From Cyanobacteria bacterium OH_SFB_17 (GTDB lineage: Bacteria; Cyanobacteriota; Vampirovibrionia; Gastranaerophilales; Gastranaerophilaceae): DNA of 64,000 nt. The position numbers and the translations under genes are program-made. Where the stretch lies: NCBI GenBank assembly GCA_023395735.1, contig JAEWYI010000026.1:1403-65402 (forward strand). The letters run 5' to 3'. Shown here piece after piece: positions 9,424-18,236 of the stretch. Position 1 is the stretch's first letter, and every line of letters starts with the position of its first letter. The notes under the pieces are model-generated. The model had not been told where the DNA came from, ran no database searches, and saw nothing but the letters and a program-made list of their open reading frames with translations.

Positions 9424-9654
9424 ATGAGCACATTAGAAAAAGTTAAAAAAGTAGTAGTTGAACAATTAAGTGTTGATGAAGCTCTTGTAACACCTGAAGC
9501 TAGCTTCACAGGTGATCTTGGTGCAGATTCTTTAGACACAGTTGAATTAGTTATGGCTTTCGAAGAAGAGTTCGGTTGCGAAATTCCTGATGAAGAAGCT
9601 GAAAAAATTCAAACAGTTCAAGACGCTGTTTCTTATATCGATTCTCATTCGTAG
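9424..9654 (+). CDS. acpP: acyl carrier protein
   Basis: [19 protein letters not shown] contains the phosphopantetheine attachment site. Length is 76 aa. Confidence 0.95.
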   Translation: MSTLEKVKKVVVEQLSVDEALVTPEASFTGDLGADSLDTVELVMAFEEEFGCEIPDEEAEKIQTVQDAVSYIDSHS

Positions 9655-9762
9655 TCGATATTTCAAATTGTATAGTGTGAAGGGGGATGTATAATTCTTT
9701 TAACATGCATTCCCTTTTATTACTAATGGAAGATTAAAGATTAATTAAGAATATATAGGTTT

Positions 9763-11019
9763 ATGATTATGACAAAAAAGCGTGTAGTGATAACAGGTAT
9801 GGGAGCGATTTCACCTCTAGGAACAGGGGTTGAATCTTTGTGGAACAATCTGATTGCCGGTAAAAGTGGAATTTCTCTAACAACCGCAATGGACATGGAA
9901 AAGCATCCCGTTAAAATTTCTGGCGAAGTCAAAGACTTTAATCCTGCAGATTATATGGATCCAAAGGAAGCTAAGAAAATAGACAGATTTACTCAATTTG
10001 CTCTTGTGGCGGCTGATGAAGCTGTTAAAGATGCAGGATTGGAAAGTGTTGAAATTGATCCTTATAGAGTTGGCGTAATCGTAAGCTCTGCAGCAGGTGG
10101 TTTCAAAACTTTTGAAAAAAATCACCAAGCAATTTTGGATAGAGGACCGAGCAAATGCTCTCCTTTTACAATTCCTATGATGATAGTTGATATGCCATCT
10201 GGTAAGATTGCTATGAGATATCAATATAAAGGTGTTAACAAAGCTGTAGTTTCAGCTTGTGCTTCATCAAATCATTCAATCGGTGATGCTTTCCGTGCAA
10301 TTCAATACGGTGATGCTGATATTATGATTGCAGGTGGTTGTGAAGCTACTATTTGTGACGTTGGTGTTGGTGCATTTACAAGTGCAAGAACTTTGTCAAA
10401 AAGAAATGATGAACCTGAAAAAGCATCTCGTCCTTATGATAAAGACAGAGATGGATTTGTAATGGCAGAAGGTTCTGGCGTTTTGATATTAGAAGAATAT
10501 GAACATGCTAAAGCCAGAGGTGCAAAAATTTATGCTGAAATTGTTGGATATGGACAAACAGCAGATGCTTATGACATTGTTGCTCCAGACCCTGAAGGTA
10601 AAGGTGCAAAAAAAGCAATGGAATTAGCTTTGGAAGATGCAAATATGAAACCGAGTGAAGTTCAGTATGTAAATTCACACGGAACAAGTACAGGTTTAGG
10701 CGATATTGCAGAATCTCAGGCGATTGCGAAAGTTTTTGGAGACAAGGAAGTAAATAAAGACTTGTTGGTAAGTTCAACAAAAAGTATGCATGGACACATG
10801 CTTGGTGCTACAGGTTCTGTTGAAGCTATTGCTTGTATCAAGTCTATAACTGAAGGAATTGTTCCTCCAACTATTAACCTCGATAATCAAGATGAAGAGG
10901 TTGCTAACCTTGATTATGTACCTCACAAAGCAAGAAAACATGAGGTGAAAGCAGCGCTTTCAAATTCATTCGGCTTTGGCGGACATAATGCATCATTGAT
11001 TTTCAAAAAAGTTGATTAA
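9763..11019 (+). CDS. fabF: 3-oxoacyl-ACP synthase II
   Basis: RVVITGMG, ACASS, the HGTST region and FGFGGHN are present. The start could instead be the ATG at 9769. Confidence 0.95.
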   Translation: MIMTKKRVVITGMGAISPLGTGVESLWNNLIAGKSGISLTTAMDMEKHPVKISGEVKDFNPADYMDPKEAKKIDRFTQFALVAADEAVKDAGLESVEIDPYRVGVIVSSAAGGFKTFEKNHQAILDRGPSKCSPFTIPMMIVDMPSGKIAMRYQYKGVNKAVVSACASSNHSIGDAFRAIQYGDADIMIAGGCEATICDVGVGAFTSARTLSKRNDEPEKASRPYDKDRDGFVMAEGSGVLILEEYEHAKARGAKIYAEIVGYGQTADAYDIVAPDPEGKGAKKAMELALEDANMKPSEVQYVNSHGTSTGLGDIAESQAIAKVFGDKEVNKDLLVSSTKSMHGHMLGATGSVEAIACIKSITEGIVPPTINLDNQDEEVANLDYVPHKARKHEVKAALSNSFGFGGHNASLIFKKVD

Positions 11020-11062
11020 TAATTTAGTTTGAATTTAATTTTTGTTCAAGCATGACTATGAT

Positions 11063-11096
11063 AAAAAAGTGATTACAATACGTAATCACTTTTTTG
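11063..11096. terminator. bidirectional hairpin terminator between fabF and a convergent small ORF
   Basis: Stem AGTGATTAC / GTAATCACT (11068-11076 / 11082-11090), flanked by an A-run on the left and a T-run on the right. Confidence 0.7.
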
Positions 11097-11107
11097 TTGT
11101 TAAGTTT

Positions 11108-11269
11108 TTAGTCTTTGTCTTCAAATGGGATACTCATTGAGCTTTTACCTTTTGAAACGTTTTTAGGTCTGCCGCATTGTTTTCCATGAGAGGATGCGTC
11201 GCATTTTAGCATTCCTTTATTAGCCTTGATAGAAGGTCGCTTTCTTCCCATTCCACTGCCTTTAGACAT
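11108..11269 (-). CDS. small basic protein (53 aa), absent from the ORF track
   Basis: My own translation of the reverse strand gives MSKGSGMGRKRPSIKANKGMLKCDASSHGKQCGRPKNVSKGKSSMSIPFEDKD. It is preceded by caggaggaatttgtATG, and the hairpin at 11063-11096 lies just downstream. Confidence 0.5.
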   Translation of the reverse strand: MSKGSGMGRKRPSIKANKGMLKCDASSHGKQCGRPKNVSKGKSSMSIPFEDKD

Positions 11270-11391
11270 ACAAATTCCTCCTGAAAAAAGTAATCAAATA
11301 CATTATTTAACCTTAAAGGAAAAATATCTATCCCTAAAATGGTTATTCAGGTGCTTATATTAAGTTTTATACTTTTTGCTAAAATTATTTC

Positions 11392-11419
11392 TTGCATAGT
11401 TTTTTTTATTTGTTATTAT
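11392..11419 (+). promoter_or_regulatory. putative promoter TTGCAT-16-TATTAT for rpmI-rplT
   Basis: Hexamers read directly from the sequence, about 100 nt upstream of the rpmI ATG. Confidence 0.4.
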
Positions 11420-11425
11420 AGATAA

Positions 11426-11518
11426 ACAAGCCGAAAGATTTATGGCCTTGGCGTGCCATAAATTTGCAGGTGAGCCTTATGGCTCGAAGAGTACTTAATT
11501 CGATAAGGAGAAAAGAAA
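11426..11518 (+). promoter_or_regulatory. structured 5' leader of rpmI-rplT (candidate L20 autoregulatory element)
   Basis: There are two adjacent hairpins, TTTATGGC...GCCATAAA and GAGCC-TTAT-GGCTC, just before the SD aaggaga. Confidence 0.35.
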
Positions 11519-11740
11519 ATGCCAAAAATGAAAACACACAAATCAGGTGCTAAGCGTTATAAAGTAACCGGTACCGGAAAAGTTTTGAGAAGACATGCCG
11601 GCATAGGTCACCTTCTTGCTAACAAAAGCTCTAGCAGAAAAAGAAAATTATCAGGAGCTTTGGAAGTTGCTGAGAGCCAAATGGATTTGGTTTCTAAGCA
11701 GTTACCGTACAAAAAATATTCAAGAAAATGTTCAGGTTAG
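11519..11740 (+). CDS. rpmI: 50S ribosomal protein L35
   Basis: The N-terminus is MPKMKTHKSGAKRYKVTGTGKVLRRHAG, and it is paired with rplT. Confidence 0.9.
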   Translation: MPKMKTHKSGAKRYKVTGTGKVLRRHAGIGHLLANKSSSRKRKLSGALEVAESQMDLVSKQLPYKKYSRKCSG

Positions 11741-11751
11741 GAAGGTGAATT

Positions 11752-12102
11752 ATGAGAGTAAAACGTGGTAATGTAAGTCGTAACAGACACAAAAAAATAT
11801 TAAAATTAGCTAAAGGCTTTAAAGGTGCAAGAAGCAGAATATTCAAAGTTGCTAACTGCGCTGTAATGAAAGCTTTAAAATATTCTTACAGAGACAGACG
11901 TGTTAGAAAAAGAAACATGAGAAGACTTTGGATTGTAAGAATCAATGCAGCTGTTAGAGCACAAGGCATGAGCTATTCAAGATTTGTAAATGCTTGCAAA
12001 AAAGCTAACATTCTTGTTAACAGAAAAATGCTTGCTGATCTTGCAGTTAATGACAAAGAAGCTTTTGATGTTGTTTTAGAAACAGCAAAAGCAGCAGTTT
12101 AA
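11752..12102 (+). CDS. rplT: 50S ribosomal protein L20
   Basis: [28 protein letters not shown] ... [11 protein letters not shown] matches L20. Confidence 0.95.
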   Translation: MRVKRGNVSRNRHKKILKLAKGFKGARSRIFKVANCAVMKALKYSYRDRRVRKRNMRRLWIVRINAAVRAQGMSYSRFVNACKKANILVNRKMLADLAVNDKEAFDVVLETAKAAV

Positions 12103-12117
12103 TTATTTTTTAAATTT

Positions 12118-12156
12118 TCAAAAGGGCCGTTGATTTAATAATCAACGGCCCTTTTC
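12118..12156 (+). terminator. rho-independent terminator after rplT
   Basis: Stem GGGCCGTTGAT / ATCAACGGCCC followed by TTTTC. Confidence 0.8.
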
Positions 12157-12234
12157 GGCAATGTATTTTATAATCAATGATAGTATTATTAAACTTATAC
12201 TTATTAGGCTGCTTTCACTTTTTTAAGGAGGTGT

Positions 12235-12885
12235 ATGTTAGAAAGTTTGGTATATGCAGGTGTTGTATTTGTAGGGTTTTCAGCGATTATGAACCCATTA
12301 TCTGCGATTCCAATTTTTCTGACATTGGTAGGGAATAAAAGCGAGGAAAAATCCAGAGAGATTGCTTTTAAATCTGTTTTGACTGCATTTGTTATTGTTT
12401 TTACATTTGCACTTGCTGGGCAACTTTTTTTAAATATATTTGGGATAAGTTTCACGGCTTTGAGATTGGCAGGCGGAGCTTTGGTTGTTTTGATAGGCTA
12501 TGAGATGCTTCAGGGCAAACAATCTATGGTGACGAGCCCATCACAAGAGGTCATTGAAAAAACCAAGCAAGAGGAAACTTCTGTTGCTTTTGCACCTTTG
12601 GGAACTCCGCTTTTGGCCGGCCCTGGGGTTATAATCACCGCAATGAATTTCGCTACGGGAAGCTTTTATCATTTTTTCATAACAATTTTAGCTTTTGGTT
12701 TATTGTGCGGAATAACGTATTTTGTTTTTATATCAGGAAAAGATATAAAGCGAATGTTGGGAATAAGCAGGTTGAAAGTTTTGACCAAGATGATGGGTCT
12801 TGTTCTTATGGTAATAGGGGTTCAGATGCTAATAGAGGGATTTTACGCTGTCATTCAAGAAATGCCCAATTCGCATTATTTTTAG
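12235..12885 (+). CDS. MarC/UPF0056 family integral membrane protein
   Basis: It has six predicted TM segments, an N-terminal FSAIMNPLSAIPIFL motif and a central PLGTPLLAGPG motif. Confidence 0.8.
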   Translation: MLESLVYAGVVFVGFSAIMNPLSAIPIFLTLVGNKSEEKSREIAFKSVLTAFVIVFTFALAGQLFLNIFGISFTALRLAGGALVVLIGYEMLQGKQSMVTSPSQEVIEKTKQEETSVAFAPLGTPLLAGPGVIITAMNFATGSFYHFFITILAFGLLCGITYFVFISGKDIKRMLGISRLKVLTKMMGLVLMVIGVQMLIEGFYAVIQEMPNSHYF

Positions 12886-13292
12886 TCTTTTAACTGAAAC
12901 GGACATTTTGAGCAGCGAGCTTTTGGGTGAAGCATCAGATTGTCTTCAAGGTCATACATTTGTGCGATACGTGTAACGAGAAGTGAACCGCATTTTGGAC
13001 AGATTAAGTTTTGTTCACCTTTTAGAATTTTTGTTTTTAAGATTTCGATTGTTTCTTCGTCAGTGAAGTGGTTGTCGAATTTTTTTTCGTGTTTTTTTAT
13101 TTCTAAAAGTGAACATTTCAAACCTTTTGCGAGGTTTTGTCTTGTTGTTGTCGGCAGAAAAAGATCTTGGCCGGATTCAATATTTTCGATGATATCGTGG
13201 CTAAGGTTGCATTTTTTAGCGAGCCCGCCACTGGACAGACCCAACTTTTCTCTTTTTTCTTGAACAAACTGTGCTAATGATTTTTCTTGCAT
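12882..13292 (-). CDS. XRE-type HTH protein with a C-terminal CxxC...CxxC zinc ribbon
   Basis: The HTH is FVQEKREKLGLSSGGLAKKCNLSHDIIENIESG. The C-terminus has CPKCGS ... CSKCPF. Its 3' end overlaps the marC-like 3' end by 4 nt. Confidence 0.65.
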   Translation of the reverse strand: MQEKSLAQFVQEKREKLGLSSGGLAKKCNLSHDIIENIESGQDLFLPTTTRQNLAKGLKCSLLEIKKHEKKFDNHFTDEETIEILKTKILKGEQNLICPKCGSLLVTRIAQMYDLEDNLMLHPKARCSKCPFQLKD

Positions 13293-13351
13293 GAGATTAT
13301 TTTACCTTAAAAAAATTGATAAAACTATTAATTTTTGATATAATTATTGTT

Positions 13352-14518
13352 ATGAAAAAGATTTTATTAACAATTTTTACCGTTTCTGCGATTTTTGTAT
13401 CATCGTTGTGCGCTCATGCGCAAACAGGCGTGACTTTTCTTTATATTAACGGGTCAAACAATAATGACAAAAAAATGAAGAACTGGTATGAAAACGGTGT
13501 GAAGAAGCTTCATCCTTGTTTGAAAGCTGCTTTTGAAAATAATATACAGGCAAGACAATATTTTCTGAAAAATGGACAGTATGTAATCGAAAACAGTCCA
13601 AAAATATTTTTCTGGGGATATCGAAGCAAGGATGATTTGAGTTTTGTAGAACAAAATTTAGCTATTTCAAAGGGTTTGAGCCCTTGGGTTGCTTATCAAG
13701 TCCGCTCTATGATTACCCATTTTTTACATGATGCGATTTGGGTTCAAAAGTATCATAATATGTTACCTGTGTTAGAGGATTTGCATCAAGATGTTAAGGC
13801 GGAAGCTGTCAAAGGAAATAAAATTGTTCTTTACGGCTATTCTGCAGGAACTTTTATAACTTATGAATATTTGCTAACGAGGTTACCTTATATTAATGTT
13901 GAAAACTTTTTGAGTAATGTTAAGGTTACTGATTCTGAGAAAGCTTTTGCCTCAGAGCATCCTATGAAAAACACTTGTATGGCTGCTTTAGGGCAAGATT
14001 TGGCGGTGTTTTCAGCTGCAGGCCATATTGTGCCAAACACAGACGAGATTTCTTTTAAGAAGAATTATATGAATTTAGACAACTTGACTGATGATGTTTG
14101 TGTTCCTCCTGATACGTTAAAAGGTATAATAAATTTTGCAAGTCCGCTTGTTCTTTTTTATTCTGATATTTCTGATCCTACTTTTCAGCTGACTTATTAT
14201 AACAAGTTGTTGTTTGAGTATATTATAGAGCACGATTTATTTTGGCTTACAGTAAATTATAGAGAAGATCCTTTAGGGTTCCCGGGTGGCAGAAATTTAA
14301 CAGTGGATGAAATAGAAGATATTACAAAAATGGAAATTGAACCAAAGTCGGGCTTTATTTATGATCAGTCTAATACGTGGGGACGTAATACAGTTTTAAC
14401 AGCTCATACCTCTTATTGGGCAACAAAAAGAAACTTTTCAAAAGCTGTAGTAAGAGCTTATGTTAATGGTTATACTAAGCATTATGATGAAAATGGGAAG
14501 CCAAAAGACGATAAATAA
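13352..14518 (+). CDS. secreted protein with a GxSxG (GYSAG) serine-hydrolase/lipase-like motif
   Basis: The signal peptide is MKKILLTIFTVSAIFVSSLCAHAQ. The VLYGYSAGTF nucleophile-elbow-like motif is present. The family is not otherwise recognised. Confidence 0.5.
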   Translation: MKKILLTIFTVSAIFVSSLCAHAQTGVTFLYINGSNNNDKKMKNWYENGVKKLHPCLKAAFENNIQARQYFLKNGQYVIENSPKIFFWGYRSKDDLSFVEQNLAISKGLSPWVAYQVRSMITHFLHDAIWVQKYHNMLPVLEDLHQDVKAEAVKGNKIVLYGYSAGTFITYEYLLTRLPYINVENFLSNVKVTDSEKAFASEHPMKNTCMAALGQDLAVFSAAGHIVPNTDEISFKKNYMNLDNLTDDVCVPPDTLKGIINFASPLVLFYSDISDPTFQLTYYNKLLFEYIIEHDLFWLTVNYREDPLGFPGGRNLTVDEIEDITKMEIEPKSGFIYDQSNTWGRNTVLTAHTSYWATKRNFSKAVVRAYVNGYTKHYDENGKPKDDK

Positions 14519-14631
14519 GTGTTTTTACGGACTTTTGCTTTTTAAAAAATATTTTATAATATAAATATCAAACGCTTATTTTTGTAAATTTTGCTCCTAA
14601 TTCAGGGGAACCTGAGAAAGGAAAATTTATT

Positions 14632-15327
14632 ATGAGTAAAGTTTCATCAGTCGAATATCCGACGTATAGCGGAAGCTCTGTTTCCATTGGTGGTTCAAAA
14701 GCAACAACAGGACTTTCAAACGGAGTTTTGACTTCAAATTACCAGATGTCTGACAACGAGCAGGCAATTTATGATTATGCAATGAAAACATTGTTAGAAT
14801 CTTTGCCGACAGTTAATACATTGTCGCCCGAAACTCAGCAATCTTTGCAATCTCAGCTTAATGCTTACACTAACAAAGGCATAGATTCAATCAATCAAAT
14901 TTATACTCCAATGATTTCTGACTTGCAAAATGACGTGGCTTCCAGGTTTGGCAACTTGGATAACTCAATTTTTACAGATAATTTGAATCAAATTGAATCA
15001 AACAGATCTGATGCTATAAGTTCATTTGCTCAGGATATTCTTGCAAAGCAAAGTGAGTTGGAAGATGCACAGCTAAATCGACAATATTCGTTTATTGATC
15101 TGCTTACAGGTGTTTCAGATAATATTTATAGCAATGCTTTGAATGCAATATCTACAGCGCTTGGTAGCAGCTCCAACGCAAATAGTTATAACAGCAATTT
15201 GTATAATGCTTTATATAAACAATATTTGTCGAATAACACTTCAGGATCACAATTGGCTTCGTCTCTGGGAAATGCATTGGGCTTGACTTCAGGAAGTGGG
15301 GCTTCTTCTATCTTATCATTCTTGTAA
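14632..15327 (+). CDS. hypothetical Ser/Asn/Gln-rich protein
   Basis: RBS aaagga is present and the ORF ends at a strong terminator. Both ends are low-complexity S/N-rich and the centre is predicted helical. Confidence 0.55.
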   Translation: MSKVSSVEYPTYSGSSVSIGGSKATTGLSNGVLTSNYQMSDNEQAIYDYAMKTLLESLPTVNTLSPETQQSLQSQLNAYTNKGIDSINQIYTPMISDLQNDVASRFGNLDNSIFTDNLNQIESNRSDAISSFAQDILAKQSELEDAQLNRQYSFIDLLTGVSDNIYSNALNAISTALGSSSNANSYNSNLYNALYKQYLSNNTSGSQLASSLGNALGLTSGSGASSILSFL

Positions 15328-15338
15328 ATTGTATTTTA

Positions 15339-15384
15339 AAAAGTGGCGAAAATTTTTATGTATAAAAATTTTCGCCACTTTTAT
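15339..15384 (+). terminator. rho-independent terminator
   Basis: Long stem GTGGCGAAAATTTTTA / TAAAAATTTTCGCCAC followed by TTTTAT. Confidence 0.8.
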
Positions 15385-15399
15385 ACTATAATATAGATT

Positions 15400-16758
15400 A
15401 TGAACATAATTCAAACATTTGATACAATAGCCGCAATTGCAACTCCTTTGGGAACAGGAGGTGTCGGTATAGTAAGAATTTCAGGAGAAAAGAGTTTTTT
15501 AATTGGCGAAACTTTGCTTGGAAAAAAACTTGTTTCCGGTAAAATCCATCATGGATGGATAAAGGATGGCGACAATTTGATTGACGAGGTTGTCGTGTTG
15601 CCGTTTAAAAATCCAAACAGTTATACCGGCGAAGATGTTATCGAAATTCAATGCCACGGCGGGGTTAATGTTGTTAGAAATATTTTGGAGCTGGTTTTGT
15701 CTAATGGTGCCAGAATGGCAGAAAAAGGTGAATTTACAAAACGTGCTTTTTTAAATCATAAACTCGATTTATCTCAGGCTGAGGCTGTTTGTGATTTAAT
15801 TCATTCCAAAACGCAAAATTTTGCTAATAAATCGGCGAAAAATTTGTCAGGTGTTTTGGCTCAAAAAATTAAAGAAATAAGAAATGATATATTTGAAGTC
15901 TTGTCAAGAATTATAGCAGGTATTGACTTTCCAGAAGATGTTAAAGAACCGGAATATTCTTATTTGGTGAATGAATTTAAAAATGCGATTGAAAAAATTG
16001 ATAAAATTTTGGACACTGCAAAAACATCTAATATATTGAGGCAAGGTATTAAAATTGCAATTTTGGGTCGTCCAAATGTGGGCAAGTCTTCTTTGTTCAA
16101 TGCTTTATTGAGTATGCAAAGAGCTATTGTTACTGATATTGCAGGAACAACAAGAGATATTTTGACAGAAACTCTCGATATAGATGGGATTCCTGTTACT
16201 CTGGTCGACACTGCCGGAATAAGAGAGAGCGATGACGTTGAGAAGGTTGAAGAAATTGGGATAGAATTTTCAAGGCAAGCCGCGCAGGATGCTGATTTGA
16301 TTTTGTTTTTGTATGATGCATCAGTTGGTTTTAATGAAGACGACAATGCTATTTTGAGTTTATTAAATGACAAAAATTATGTTGCAGTGGCAAATAAATC
16401 AGATTTGGGTAAAGCGCAAAATGATTCTTTGATTTCTCAATATAATATAGAACCTTTGTATGTTTCTGTGATTAATAGTGAAGGTTTTGATTGTTTAAAA
16501 GAAAAAATTAGAGATTTAGTAGGGCAAAATTCATCAGAAAATTTGGAATTTGTAACGAATAACCGTCAACAAGATTGTTTGGCTAAATCTAGAGAAAGTT
16601 TGAATCAAGCGCTTTTGGCTGCACAGATTGAGGAACTTCAGGATTTGATTTCTATAGATGTTAAATCGGCGCTTTTGTATTTGGATGAAATAACAGGAGA
16701 GGTTATTACAGACGATATTTTAAATAATATTTTTGACAATTTTTGCATAGGAAAATAA
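15400..16758 (+). CDS. mnmE: tRNA modification GTPase MnmE
   Basis: DTIAAIATP, G1 GRPNVGKSS, DTAG and the C-terminal CIGK motif are present. Confidence 0.95.
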   Translation: MNIIQTFDTIAAIATPLGTGGVGIVRISGEKSFLIGETLLGKKLVSGKIHHGWIKDGDNLIDEVVVLPFKNPNSYTGEDVIEIQCHGGVNVVRNILELVLSNGARMAEKGEFTKRAFLNHKLDLSQAEAVCDLIHSKTQNFANKSAKNLSGVLAQKIKEIRNDIFEVLSRIIAGIDFPEDVKEPEYSYLVNEFKNAIEKIDKILDTAKTSNILRQGIKIAILGRPNVGKSSLFNALLSMQRAIVTDIAGTTRDILTETLDIDGIPVTLVDTAGIRESDDVEKVEEIGIEFSRQAAQDADLILFLYDASVGFNEDDNAILSLLNDKNYVAVANKSDLGKAQNDSLISQYNIEPLYVSVINSEGFDCLKEKIRDLVGQNSSENLEFVTNNRQQDCLAKSRESLNQALLAAQIEELQDLISIDVKSALLYLDEITGEVITDDILNNIFDNFCIGK

Positions 16759-16759
16759 T

Positions 16760-18091
16760 ATGTTCAAGACTTATTCCAAATATATAAAAGAACTTTTTTC
16801 ACTTGCTTTTCCTATGATAGTAGGGAATTTGGGAATTGTTTTGATAGGGGCAGGAGATGTTTTTGTTGCGGCAAGACATTCAACGGATACTTTGGCTGCA
16901 ATAAGTATAGGCAATTCAATTATAGGTTGCGTTTTCCTTTTTGGTATGGGATTGTTGGCAAGTATATCACCGCTATTATCTAATTTTAGGGGAGAAAAAT
17001 CTAATATAAAAAAATATTTTCTTCCGACAATATATTATTCAATTTTTTGGGGTGCACTATCGTGTTTGTCGGTGTTAATTTTCATTCCTTTGATTGATCA
17101 TTTAGGTTTTGAAGGTCATTTGATTCCTGATATAAAAGAATATATGTTTATTTCTTCGTTCTCAATTTTTGGCGCGTATTTGCAGATGGCTTTAAAGGAA
17201 TTTTTGCAGGCTTTTGAGATTGTGATATTTCCTAATTTAATAAATATTTTCGGAGTCTTTTTGAATTTATTTTTATGTTTTGTTTTAGTTTTTGGATTAC
17301 TTGGATTTCCGCAACTTGGAGTCGTTGGGCTAGCTTTTGCAACTTTGATATCAAGAACTGTTTTGGGCTTGATTATGCTTGGATATTGCCTTACTCTGAC
17401 AAAAATAAAAGTTTATCATGATAGACAATATTTTGTAAATTTGGTTAAAATAGGTTTTCCGATAGCGATGGCAATTTTGATTGAAGTTTTTGCTTTTAAT
17501 GTTATTACAATATTTGTTGGTCGAATTTCAGGGGTGTTTGCAGCGGCTCAAAATATTTTGTTGACAGTAACGACTGCGACTTTTATGATTCCGATGGCGA
17601 TATCAAATGCTTTGGCTGTTAAGATTGGTTTTGCAAACGGTGCCGGTAATTTTATGGATTTGAAGCGCTATGCTTATTCAGGATTGGCTGTTTCAATAGG
17701 ATTTATGGCTTTTTGTGCGTTGTGCTTTTTAATTTTTCCGTCATTTTTCATACATATTTTCACAAAAGATGCAGCCTTGCTTAAAATTTGTGTTCCAGCT
17801 TTGGTTTTGGCTGGTGTTTTCCAGATTTTTGACGGAATGCAAGTTTCATTGGGGGGAATATTCAAGGGCTTGAAAAAAACTAAAATTATTATGTTAGGTG
17901 ATTTTTTGGCTTATATAATGTTGGGGCTTCCTCTTGGGATTGTGCTTGCTTTTAAATTTAAAATGGAATTGTTTGGTTTTTGGGTTGGTTTAACTATTGC
18001 GATTTTTGCTTTGGCGATAATATTTTTACTGTTATTGCGACGAGAATTTAAAAAATCTTGTTACAGAAGTAATAGTAAAACTCTGTTGTAG
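16760..18091 (+). CDS. MATE family efflux transporter
   Basis: About 12 TM segments, an N-terminal LAFPMIVGNL motif and a length of 443 aa. Confidence 0.85.
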   Translation: MFKTYSKYIKELFSLAFPMIVGNLGIVLIGAGDVFVAARHSTDTLAAISIGNSIIGCVFLFGMGLLASISPLLSNFRGEKSNIKKYFLPTIYYSIFWGALSCLSVLIFIPLIDHLGFEGHLIPDIKEYMFISSFSIFGAYLQMALKEFLQAFEIVIFPNLINIFGVFLNLFLCFVLVFGLLGFPQLGVVGLAFATLISRTVLGLIMLGYCLTLTKIKVYHDRQYFVNLVKIGFPIAMAILIEVFAFNVITIFVGRISGVFAAAQNILLTVTTATFMIPMAISNALAVKIGFANGAGNFMDLKRYAYSGLAVSIGFMAFCALCFLIFPSFFIHIFTKDAALLKICVPALVLAGVFQIFDGMQVSLGGIFKGLKKTKIIMLGDFLAYIMLGLPLGIVLAFKFKMELFGFWVGLTIAIFALAIIFLLLLRREFKKSCYRSNSKTLL

Positions 18092-18236
18092 TTTGAAAAA
18101 TTATCATTATAAATTGTACACAATACAATATAAATTTTTGTAATAATTTTTGGAGCTAACTAGCAAATTTTTTTTTTAGCTGTATTATAAAAATGAAACT
18201 TTTTTAGTGAAAAAATAAAATATACTAGGGGGCAAA

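Noticed and set aside
12705-12893. A 62-aa alternative-frame ORF at the end of the marC-like gene. ORFs 12204-12455, 12940-13263 and 13454-13654 belong to the same category.
   Set aside because: They overlap supported genes and have no independent signals.
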